NCBI GenBank assembly: GCA_964386355.1
Contig: CAYLQQ010000006.1
Coordinates: 2,088-66,087, forward strand
Direction of reading: 5' to 3'
Source of the DNA: an uncultured Pseudomonadales bacterium
Lineage (GTDB): Bacteria > Patescibacteriota > Microgenomatia > UBA1400 > UBA1449
DNA: 64,000 nucleotides
The position numbers and the translations under genes were made by a program. A model generated the notes under the pieces. That model worked only from the letters and a program-made list of their open reading frames with translations. It ran no database searches and was not told the DNA's origin. Within the stretch, counting starts at the first letter, position 1, and each line of letters begins with the position of its first letter. Shown one piece after another: positions 38,584 through 47,700 of the stretch.

Positions 38584-39123
38584 CTATAACATCTCAATCT
38601 CTCCACAAATAACTGCAACATTTGTTGGTACATCCTCAATTTTATACCCTTCTATTCCGCCAATTATCTCCCAATTTATCAAGCAAACCATTTCCTCTTT
38701 TTCAAATGCTTCTGAACCATTTACTGTTCCTGCCATACTATTATACGTATTTCTGTTAAAGCCCAAATTAATGAGCATATTTGAGAGGACATTCACAATC
38801 GGCATATTGTTTTTCTTTTCAATTCTGGGTGTTTCCGTAAGCATAATTGCATATCCCGATACATCAGTACGTTCCAGCGTTCTCATCTTTCCCATTTTTT
38901 CTCCAGCCAATCTCCATGTAAAATCGAGCGGTCCTGGTTGGCTAAAATTCAACTCAACATCTTGTGATAATTGATTTAAGAATGTTTCCATTTTTTGTTC
39001 CCGGCTCTCTTGAGTTGGTGTTGGCGATGCAATAGGCTGCACTAAGATTGTGCTCGTATCTTGCTTTGTACAAGCTGTAAGAAGAACTACCATGAATATG
39101 AGGAATGTTTTTCGCATGTACAT
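38584..39123 (-). CDS. Hypothetical lipoprotein
   Basis: 179 aa with a signal peptide and lipobox (LLTAC|TKQ). Confidence 0.5.
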   Translation of the reverse strand: MYMRKTFLIFMVVLLTACTKQDTSTILVQPIASPTPTQESREQKMETFLNQLSQDVELNFSQPGPLDFTWRLAGEKMGKMRTLERTDVSGYAIMLTETPRIEKKNNMPIVNVLSNMLINLGFNRNTYNSMAGTVNGSEAFEKEEMVCLINWEIIGGIEGYKIEDVPTNVAVICGEIEML

Positions 39124-39167
39124 ACTATCTCAAATTCCCATATATATTTCAATCCTGCTATACTTAT

Positions 39168-41339
39168 ATGAACCTTCTTACGAATAAACGTATTAAACTA
39201 CTTATGGACCTATCTACTTTTTTTCATCCCAAGTCTATCGCTATCATAGGTGCCTCGCGCGACCCGCAAAAAGTTGGGGGTATTGTTGTCAAAAATATAC
39301 TTGAATCTGGTTATGATGGGCTGATTTTGCCAGTCAATCCTAAAGCTGAATCAATTTTTGACCTGAAATGTTATCCTGATTACACTAGCCTAACCCAAAC
39401 GCCTGACCTGGCTGTGGTAGCTATTCCCGCCCAGTTTGTCCTGGAAACACTCAACCAAATCAATCAAAAAGGTACAAAGAATGTTGTGGTCTTTACTGCA
39501 GGTTTTAAAGAAATTGGAGAAGAAGGCAAGCGGATCGAAACAGAGTTGACTCAGTTTGCAAAAGATAATGATATTAATCTATTGGGACCTAACTGCCTGG
39601 GGTTTGTAAACAATGCTGCCAACCTCAACGTCACCTTTGCCCAATCAATTAAAACATTAGGGCCTTTGCGTTTCATTTCCCAATCGGGAGCAATTGCCAG
39701 CTCGATATTTGACTGGTGTGAAGCAAATGGTATGGGTTTTTCACAGTTTGTAACGTTAGGCAACAAAGCGGTATTAAATGAAAATCATTTTATGGAGTAC
39801 TGGTTACAGTCTGCAGATGAGATGCCACTCCTCCCTGATCAACAATCTTTTGGGAATAAAGAACCGATAGGTCTCTATTTAGAATCGATAACTGAGGGTA
39901 GTCAATTTTTACAAATTGCTAAAAAACTTGTCATAAAGCACCCAATGTTCATTCTTAAACCAGGTAAATCTAAAGCAGCAGCCAAAGCGATGCAATCCCA
40001 TACGGGAGCAATAGCTGGAGAAGATGCTGTCATGGACCAAGCAATCAGACAAGCTGGTATGATTCGGTGCGAAGGTTTGGAAGATATGTTTGATTTATGC
40101 AGAGCATTTTCCTGGCAGAAAGCTCCAAAGGGACCCAAAGTTGCAATCATATCCAATGCAGGAGGCCCAGCAGTGATCTCAGCAGATATCATTGAACAGG
40201 AGGGTTTGGAATTGGCACAATTTGATACCATAACCCGGAATTTATTGTTGGAGAAATTACCCAGAGAAGCAAGTCTTATTAATCCGGTTGATGTTTTGGG
40301 TGACGCATTAGCCCAACGCTACAGGGACGCATGCGAAATTATTCTGCAAAATAACGAGGTAGATGCCTTGATTGTCATACTCACCCCTCAGATCATGACT
40401 CAAATTGAGGATACTGCCCAATTAATTTCCCAATTATCCACCCAATACGAAAAGCCAATTATGTGCTGTTTCATTGGCGGTTCTGATGTTTCCAAAGGAG
40501 AAAGTATTCTCAATTTTAACCATATCCCTTCATTTAGATTTCCTGAAAGGGCTATCAAGTCTCTGGCTGCCATGTGGAAATGGAGACAATGGGTAAATTC
40601 ACAAACTCAAATCTCAACTATCAAAGGTCAAAACGAAGAACAGGCATCCAGTCATCCAATTATTGATCTGGCATTATCTCAAAACCGGACTACACTGGAT
40701 TCATTTGAGGCAGATGAGCTACTAAAGTCTGCTGGAATTTCTACTCCTCCGACAAAATCTATAGAGTCACTTGAAGATGCAAAGCATTTTTCACAAGAAA
40801 ACGGATACCCGGAAGTTTTAAAACTCTCCTCTCCTCTGTTATTGCATAAAACCGAAGCCGGTGGGGTCATTACTGGTATAAACTCAGATGAAGCTCTATC
40901 TAATTTCTTTGAACAAATGAAAGCAAATATATCCAAGTTTGAATCTAATATTAGGGATACAGTCCATATCCAAATACAAAAACAAGTCGAAAAGGGAGTC
41001 GAGGTTATTGTTGGCAGCAAACGGGATGCAAACTTTGGTCCTGTGCTGATGTTTGGAGCAGGCGGAACACTGGCTGAACTGATCGCTGACAGAAATCTGT
41101 ATATCCTTCCAATTGATCAAATTTCCGCAATTGAACTGATCAAGAAATCAAAAGTATATAAACTACTTAATGGCTTCCGGGGTGCTAAACCATACTCACT
41201 TGACACTCTCGCTGATCTAATTGTTAAACTAAGTCAACTTGCTCAAAGTAACGAACGTATATCAGAAATTGAAATAAACCCCGTTATTATTACCTACACT
41301 AATACTTGGGCAGTAGACGGCAAAGTCGTGTTAAAATAA
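39168..41339 (+). CDS. Acetyl-CoA synthetase, ADP-forming (fused alpha/beta, NDP-forming acyl-CoA synthetase family)
   Basis: The likely start is at 39168 or 39204 (MDLSTFFHPKSIAIIGASRDPQKVGG, the CoA-binding Rossmann N-terminus). It has succinyl-CoA-synthetase-like and ATP-grasp regions. Confidence 0.78.
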   Translation: MNLLTNKRIKLLMDLSTFFHPKSIAIIGASRDPQKVGGIVVKNILESGYDGLILPVNPKAESIFDLKCYPDYTSLTQTPDLAVVAIPAQFVLETLNQINQKGTKNVVVFTAGFKEIGEEGKRIETELTQFAKDNDINLLGPNCLGFVNNAANLNVTFAQSIKTLGPLRFISQSGAIASSIFDWCEANGMGFSQFVTLGNKAVLNENHFMEYWLQSADEMPLLPDQQSFGNKEPIGLYLESITEGSQFLQIAKKLVIKHPMFILKPGKSKAAAKAMQSHTGAIAGEDAVMDQAIRQAGMIRCEGLEDMFDLCRAFSWQKAPKGPKVAIISNAGGPAVISADIIEQEGLELAQFDTITRNLLLEKLPREASLINPVDVLGDALAQRYRDACEIILQNNEVDALIVILTPQIMTQIEDTAQLISQLSTQYEKPIMCCFIGGSDVSKGESILNFNHIPSFRFPERAIKSLAAMWKWRQWVNSQTQISTIKGQNEEQASSHPIIDLALSQNRTTLDSFEADELLKSAGISTPPTKSIESLEDAKHFSQENGYPEVLKLSSPLLLHKTEAGGVITGINSDEALSNFFEQMKANISKFESNIRDTVHIQIQKQVEKGVEVIVGSKRDANFGPVLMFGAGGTLAELIADRNLYILPIDQISAIELIKKSKVYKLLNGFRGAKPYSLDTLADLIVKLSQLAQSNERISEIEINPVIITYTNTWAVDGKVVLK

Positions 41340-41345
41340 AATTCT

Positions 41346-42530
41346 ATGTCTATGCAAATCAAACCGAATGTTTTCTGGGTCGGCGTCATTGATTGGGATC
41401 TACGCCATTTTCATGGACACACCTACTACACCAAACGGGGTGGTACATACAATGCCTACCTGATCATGGATGATATACCAACTCTTGTGGATGCTGTATA
41501 TGGTCCCTTTTCCCAAGAGATGCTTAACAAAATCAGAGATATAACACCCCTAGATTCAATTAAACAAATAATCGTCAATCATATTGAACCAGACCACTCA
41601 GGAGCGCTGCCAGAACTGCTCGCCCAAATTCCAAATGCCAAACTATTTGGAACGCTCAAGTGTAAACAAGGTCTGGAAAAATACTACGGAACTAGCTGGG
41701 ATTTTCGGGTAGTAAAATCGGGTGATTCAATCTCAACCGGACACAAAACTGTAAAATTCCTGGAAGCTCCTATGATCCACTGGCCTGAGAGTATGTTCTC
41801 GTTTGTACCTGAAGATAAACTTTTACTGCCAAACGATGCCTTTGGTCAACAGTGGGCAACTAACGAGCGTTTTAATGATCAGGTTGATCAAGGTATTCTC
41901 TATGAAGAAGCTGCTAAATATTATGCTTCTATCCTCTGGCCGTATGCAGGTAGTATTGCTAAAAAAATTGATGAATTGCAAACTCTTGGCTGGGAAATTG
42001 ATATGATCGCTCCCAGTCATGGCTTGATATGGAGTAATAACCCGTTTCAGGCTATAGACTGGTACAAAAAATGGAGCACAAACCAGACTGAAAAGAAAGT
42101 TGTGGTCGTCTATGAAACGATGTGGAACTCAACCAAGCTCATGGCCGAATCTATTGCCCAAGGTTTGCAAGAATCAGGAGTGCCGTACCAGCTCTTTGAC
42201 ATTAATCAGACAGATAAGACAGACATATTAACAGCATTACTTGAAGCAAAAGGATATTTATTGGGCAGTGCAACTTATGACAATGATATGCTGCCAAATA
42301 TCGCTGGTTTTATGCATTATCTCAAAGGAAGTCATCCGCAAAATAGAATTGCCGGAGCATTTGGTTCCCATGGATGGGCAGGCGGTGGAGTCAAAGCCTT
42401 AGAAGATTTCATTAAAGCAATGAACTTAACACAACCTCTGCCAAGCCTCGCATTCCAGTTCAAACCCAATACAGAAGAGATCGAGAAGTGTAAACAATTT
42501 GGGAGAGAGTTTGCTGCTACTTTAACTTAG
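41346..42530 (+). CDS. Flavodiiron protein (FprA-type O2/NO reductase): metallo-beta-lactamase plus flavodoxin domains
   Basis: 394 aa. Di-iron ligand motif HIEPDHSGA (HxExDH). C-terminal flavodoxin-like domain (VVVVYETMWNSTKLMAESIA). Confidence 0.78.
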   Translation: MSMQIKPNVFWVGVIDWDLRHFHGHTYYTKRGGTYNAYLIMDDIPTLVDAVYGPFSQEMLNKIRDITPLDSIKQIIVNHIEPDHSGALPELLAQIPNAKLFGTLKCKQGLEKYYGTSWDFRVVKSGDSISTGHKTVKFLEAPMIHWPESMFSFVPEDKLLLPNDAFGQQWATNERFNDQVDQGILYEEAAKYYASILWPYAGSIAKKIDELQTLGWEIDMIAPSHGLIWSNNPFQAIDWYKKWSTNQTEKKVVVVYETMWNSTKLMAESIAQGLQESGVPYQLFDINQTDKTDILTALLEAKGYLLGSATYDNDMLPNIAGFMHYLKGSHPQNRIAGAFGSHGWAGGGVKALEDFIKAMNLTQPLPSLAFQFKPNTEEIEKCKQFGREFAATLT

Positions 42531-43307
42531 CTTGGGTGGCTCCTCCCCCATTTTCCACAAGATTTCAAACATTTGTTTCTGCATATTTGCAATTTTTTGG
42601 TTGTGAATCTCCACTCCAAAAATTTCACCTTCATACCAGTTATAATAAGCTACCACATCATTATAAATATCTGTTTGATAGTCAATTTTTAATACCTTAG
42701 CAGATAGATATTTATCCTGAAAACGGTCTCTGGGATACAAATCGTATTTATGCTTTGTAATACTTTTAATATAATCATCAGAATAAATCTCTCTAAGTCT
42801 CAAATCTCTGGTAATAAATTCGTCCCGCCATCTTTCTTCAAACTTCCTACCGATTGGTTCTGTCCAATTTCGATACGTGTACCCTACTACTTCTTTATCG
42901 GCTTTTAACGTATGCCAAGCCATTTGCCGGATCCCTTCTTTGCCACGATAAAAATATACTTTTGTGCCAGGTTGCATCATACCGTATTCAGAAGTCAACT
43001 TTTCTTTAAAACGTGCAAAGTTTTTCTTAAGCAAATCCACTTCAGAAATACGCTGGGCAAGTAAACTCTCCAATTGGTCCACATCAACTGCCTTGATAAG
43101 CACATGCTTTTCTTCGATAATTGTTTCCACCAAACCTTTAAGCTCCATGCTTTCGACACGACGATAAAGCGTTGTCCTATTTATACCGGTAGACTTGGCA
43201 ATATCATATACTGTTGCCGGCCCACTTTTAACTATAAAGAGGTACACGATTGCCTCTTCTTCATCCAAACCAAGTTTTTGTAAGTACGTAATTAGGTTAC
43301 TGTTCAT
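42522..43307 (-). CDS. TrmB-family transcriptional regulator
   Basis: 261 aa. N-terminal wHTH LGLDEEEAIVYLFIVKSGPATVYDIAKSTGINRTTLYRRVESMELKGLVE, followed by a coiled-coil and a C-terminal sensor-like domain. Confidence 0.72.
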   Translation of the reverse strand: MNSNLITYLQKLGLDEEEAIVYLFIVKSGPATVYDIAKSTGINRTTLYRRVESMELKGLVETIIEEKHVLIKAVDVDQLESLLAQRISEVDLLKKNFARFKEKLTSEYGMMQPGTKVYFYRGKEGIRQMAWHTLKADKEVVGYTYRNWTEPIGRKFEERWRDEFITRDLRLREIYSDDYIKSITKHKYDLYPRDRFQDKYLSAKVLKIDYQTDIYNDVVAYYNWYEGEIFGVEIHNQKIANMQKQMFEILWKMGEEPPKLS

Positions 43308-43384
43308 CTTTTGTACAACTATTTTGCAATTTTAATGCCTCTATTTAAAATGCAATTAGTTATTAATTATTTATTTAATAGTAT

Positions 43385-43858
43385 TTGTTAATAATCTGTC
43401 AATTACTGACACATACTATTGTTATACATATGAACAGCAAATGCAATATCTCTGTCCTTATGGGTGCCCAAGGAATTAAACAAGCTTATGAAATGAGTCT
43501 TACCGCCCAGTCACTGGATATAATCTGTCTTTCCCAAAACTATGACAAGATACTAGGAAACTATTTTGATAAAGACTATGCCCCCAGATTGTTTACAACC
43601 AGTATTCATACGAGAGAAATCATCAGTGATAACAAGGAGAATAGGTCGTATGCCAAAACAAAAAATAGTGTAAAGAATGAAGTGGGATTTTTATTCAAAG
43701 GTATGAAAAGCGAAAGCGATTTTCTAGTGTCTGATCAATTCGTTTTTTTGATTTCTTTTAACCCATTAAGTCCCTATGCTATTGTTATAGGGGATGAGGA
43801 AATGGTAAAAAGCATGAAAAGCAAGTTTGAAGTCTTATGGAGCAGCGCGTTGAAATAA
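43385..43858 (+). CDS. Hypothetical protein
   Basis: 157 aa with no motif. It is followed by a strong terminator. The start is uncertain (the first clean Met may be internal). Confidence 0.35.
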   Translation: MLIICQLLTHTIVIHMNSKCNISVLMGAQGIKQAYEMSLTAQSLDIICLSQNYDKILGNYFDKDYAPRLFTTSIHTREIISDNKENRSYAKTKNSVKNEVGFLFKGMKSESDFLVSDQFVFLISFNPLSPYAIVIGDEEMVKSMKSKFEVLWSSALK

Positions 43859-43876
43859 AGTTTACTGCTTTATACA

Positions 43877-43906
43877 AAGCCCTCTGAAATCAGAGGGCTT
43901 TTTTTA
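43877..43906 (+). terminator. Rho-independent terminator
   Basis: Stem gccctctga / tcagagggc with a 3-nt loop, followed by ttttttt. Confidence 0.7.
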
Positions 43907-43971
43907 TGCTCAACTATTCACTGTTTAGAAAGAATAGTATAATAAATTACGTAATAAAAACGTATACTCCT

Positions 43972-44667
43972 ATGCCCACATTTAAAACTGCCAGAGTGAT
44001 CAAAAATGATGTCTTAGCAGCCAAGTTCCATGATCTGGTGTTTGAAACCGATGAACCGTTTACTTTTTTACCCGGACAATTTGTAAGTATTAAAATAAAC
44101 GATAAAAAAATGAATGCCTACTCGATTGCCGGCAAACTCAATGATACACAGTTTGGCTTACTGATCGATACTTCGCCTGGAGGTTTAGGCTCTCAATATA
44201 TTGATAGCCTCAAAGTCGGGGATACAATTGAGTTCTTAGGGCCTTTGGGTCATTTTACCCTACATATGGATGATGGAGCTTCACACCTGTATTTCATGGG
44301 CACCGGCTGCGGTATTGCACCACTCAAGGCAATGATTGAAACAGTCCTGCGGGAACAGAAGTCTGATAAAAAAGTTACCCTATATTTTGGTTTGCGCCAC
44401 TGTGAAGACGTCTTTTGGGATGGGTACTTTAATGAGCTCAAATCCCAATACCCAGATTTTGAATTTAAACTGGTCCTATCTCAGCCTGAAGGAGCCTGGT
44501 GCGGAGTTCACGGTCATATCACAGACCTTGCTAAAGTTGAGATAACAGACCCTGCCAACGCTGCCGTTTATATTTGCGGTTCAATCCGCATGGCCGATGA
44601 AGCTATTGCCTTGTTTGAGCAGATGGGTACTCCAAAAGAGAGGATTTATTTTGAAAAATACGGATAA
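43972..44667 (+). CDS. FNR-family FAD/NAD(P)-binding oxidoreductase (PyrK / hydrogenase-gamma-like, no Fe-S domain)
   Basis: The likely start is the ATG at 43972 (MPTFKTARVIKND); the track ORF begins at 43906. FAD-binding NAYS (RxYS-like). NAD(P)-binding GTGCGIAPL. Confidence 0.65.
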   Translation: MPTFKTARVIKNDVLAAKFHDLVFETDEPFTFLPGQFVSIKINDKKMNAYSIAGKLNDTQFGLLIDTSPGGLGSQYIDSLKVGDTIEFLGPLGHFTLHMDDGASHLYFMGTGCGIAPLKAMIETVLREQKSDKKVTLYFGLRHCEDVFWDGYFNELKSQYPDFEFKLVLSQPEGAWCGVHGHITDLAKVEITDPANAAVYICGSIRMADEAIALFEQMGTPKERIYFEKYG

Positions 44668-44695
44668 ATACTAAATAAAAGACAAAAAAATAAAT

Positions 44696-44724
44696 AGAGA
44701 ACGAGAAATCGTTCTCTATTTGTA
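44696..44724 (+). terminator. Rho-independent terminator
   Basis: Stem agagaacga / tcgttctct with a gaaa loop, followed by atttgtaaatt. Confidence 0.55.
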
Positions 44725-44788
44725 AATTACTCATTGCTAGTCTAATTACTGATGAGATACTATTATGTAATACTAATTTCTTAGTAGT

Positions 44789-47700
44789 ATGCATCAATTA
44801 TTTTCAAACCGCCTGTTTTTTTCTTTCAGTTTTTTAACAATCTTTGGCCTCACTAACTTTTTACCAAATTTCAAACTCCCTTTTTTCCATACCTCTCCCT
44901 CGCCTACACCTGCTCCGCATGCAACAGAAATGCCACAAACCGATGGAGATGTACTGGGAAATTACCGCTACAAGCCCAGCATTCACATCAGTGGAGGCAA
45001 GGATAGCTATAGTACGGGTGGACTTATAGCACTTTCTTCAAAAGAAGAACCGTCAGTTGAGATTAGTGCATACAATACTTCGGGCGAGGTCCAAATTGAT
45101 GTCTGGGAAGCAGATGAGCAGGCTGTGTTAGAGTACCTGACCCATGACAAAGATGGGAAACAAACCAAACGGATTGAGTCTGTTGACAGATTCAAGTTTA
45201 TCGGTACCAGCAAAGCAGATATTAATGGCAGCTACGGAAGAGAATCAAAAGCCTTGCTCCCTCTTGCTGAAACAGGAATCTATTTTTTAAAGATCAGTAA
45301 AGGAGATATTGCAGAACAAGCGTTTATCATTAGGTCATCTTTTGGAGCGGTAGTAAAGGAAGGTGACGATGAACTCATCTTTTGGTCACAGGATTTTGAT
45401 ACCAAACGAAGTCTACAGTCAGGAACGGTCACTACGTTTAACTTGCTCGATAACGCAGTTGAAGTCACAAGTGCAGGGATTGACGGACAAGGTGTTGCCA
45501 AACTGCCTGTGTCAGAAAACAATGATATTGCTCTGGTAAAAAATGACGGTAAACTGGCAGTGGTCCCCTTAAACCTTCGGTACCTTAACTACGGCTATTC
45601 GTATAAAGAATTTCAGCGCAAAGAAAGGCAAAATAAGTTCTTTACCTTTACAGATAGACCGCTGTACAGACCTGGAGATACGATCTATTTTAAATCAGTT
45701 GTCAGAGATGACGATGATGCAAGATATACCCTACCAGCAGGAAATGTCACTGTTGGTTTATACTCAGGTTGGTCAGAAGAAGATAAAATCAGTGAAAAAA
45801 CACTCACATTTGATGAGTTTGGTACAGTTTCAGGTGATTTTAAATTGCCTGAAACTGCAAAAACCGGAGACTACCATGTTAAAATCAACCTTACAGAACG
45901 AATCTACTCAAATTCCTATTTTCAGGTCGAACATTTCCGTAAACCTGAATATTCTATTGATGTAAACATACCTAAAACCACATACATTTCAAAGGATGAA
46001 ATGGTATTTACCATATCTGGTTCATACTTTTCCGGTCAACCTCTTGCTAATCAAGCTGTAAAATACCGGGTCTTTAGCGGAGATTACTACCAGTATGAGT
46101 ATTATGATGAAACTGACGCATATTTTCTTAATGAGGATTATCGGTACGGAAACTGGTGGGGTAATAGCTCAGAGCAATCTTCGATGACGGTCACTCTCAA
46201 TCATCTGGGCAAAGCTGATGTCACCTTAAAACTGGATAATAATTCAAACAGAAACCGAGTGTATTCAATCGAAGCAGAGTTTGATAACGGCTCAGGCAAT
46301 CCAAGCTTTGTACGGAAAAATATGCTTGTGTACGCTGGTGAGTATGACCTGTACCGCAAAGACTACCATTCATATTATGGTTCGCTTTCACAACCACTTG
46401 ATCTTCCGCTTCGATTAGTTAGCCACGTAAACCAGCCAGTTAGTAATATTGATCTACATACAAACATTGAGGTTACAAATTGGGTAGAAGAACGTGTCCC
46501 GGAGGAAAAATACCCAAGGTATAGGAAGGTGGTTGAAACTGTACCAAGTATATCTTCAAAAACTGATAATCAAGGGTATGCTACCTTCAGTTTCCAACCT
46601 ACCAAGACGGGCTCATACACATTTCATGTAATAGGTACCGACAAACGGGGCAATACAATCTCAAAAGATTTTTATGCCTATGTAACCGATAAAAATTACC
46701 CGTACTTTAGCTCTGAACAAGATACAGGTTTGAGCTTACAGCTAGATAAAAAGGAGTATAACCCAACTGATACAGCTACACTCTCAATTTTTTCAAACAT
46801 ACCCAACCGCGATATCTTTTTGACATTTGAACGAAATCGAGTAAATAGGTACCAGGTATTATCATTGGAGGGTACCAATGGCTCAGTAGAAGTCCCTCTT
46901 TTTGATACTGACATGCCTAATATTTACCCGACTTTGACAAGTTTTTCCGATGACAATATTGATAGGGTTTCAGAAAATTTGAAGGTTTCAACTGTTTCTA
47001 AACAGCTTCAGGTACGTATCCAAACAGATAAACCCAGTTATGGTCCTGGTGAAGTTGTAACTGCCCGGCTCGAGACTAGTGATATGGCTGGAAATCCCCA
47101 ATCAGCTGATGTAGCCTTGTGGGCAGTTGATAAGGCGTTATTTGAATTGGTAAGTGAAAATCCTAAAAAAATCAGTGAAACATTCTGGAGTGAGCGCTAT
47201 GCAAATACCTCAACTGCCCACTCCCTTGAGGGCATTACAGCTAATGTGGCTGAAATGGGGGGTTGTTTTACTGCTGGCACACAAATTTTATTAGCCAACG
47301 GGACCTCTTCTCCTATTGAATCGATCAAACCGGGAGATGTAATTAAAACAAGAAAAAGCGAAACCAACAGTGCGCTTGTCAAAGCAAAAGTTAGTTCTGT
47401 TCATATTGCTACTGTTTCAGGGATATTGAAAATAAACAATAACCTGGAAGTTACACCTGAACACATTGTCTGGCTCAATGGCCGCTGGCAGGAAATTGGT
47501 AATGCTCAGATTGGTGATCTACTCTTTGACAGGCAGGGTAAAAAAGTACAGATAGCATCAATCGAATGGTTGTCCGGAAAACGAACCGTATATAACCTTG
47601 AAATTGAAAATAGGCATACGTATTTTGCAAACTCGGTTTGGGTGCATAACCAGAAAGGCGGAGGTGGAAGGACAGTTTTTAAAGATACTGCATACTGGAA

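Noticed and set aside
43385-43858. 157-aa ORF downstream of the TrmB regulator, considered as a split C-terminal domain of TrmB
   Set aside because: The upstream TrmB gene is already full length (261 aa with its own C-terminal domain). The ORF is on the opposite strand and has no detectable similarity, so it is kept only as a low-confidence hypothetical.
47264-47650. Interpreting the Hint domain as a conventional protein-splicing intein
   Set aside because: The residue following the terminal His-Asn is Gln (QKGGGG), not Cys/Ser/Thr. The trans-esterification step of splicing therefore has no nucleophile. An autoproteolytic BIL-type role is more consistent.
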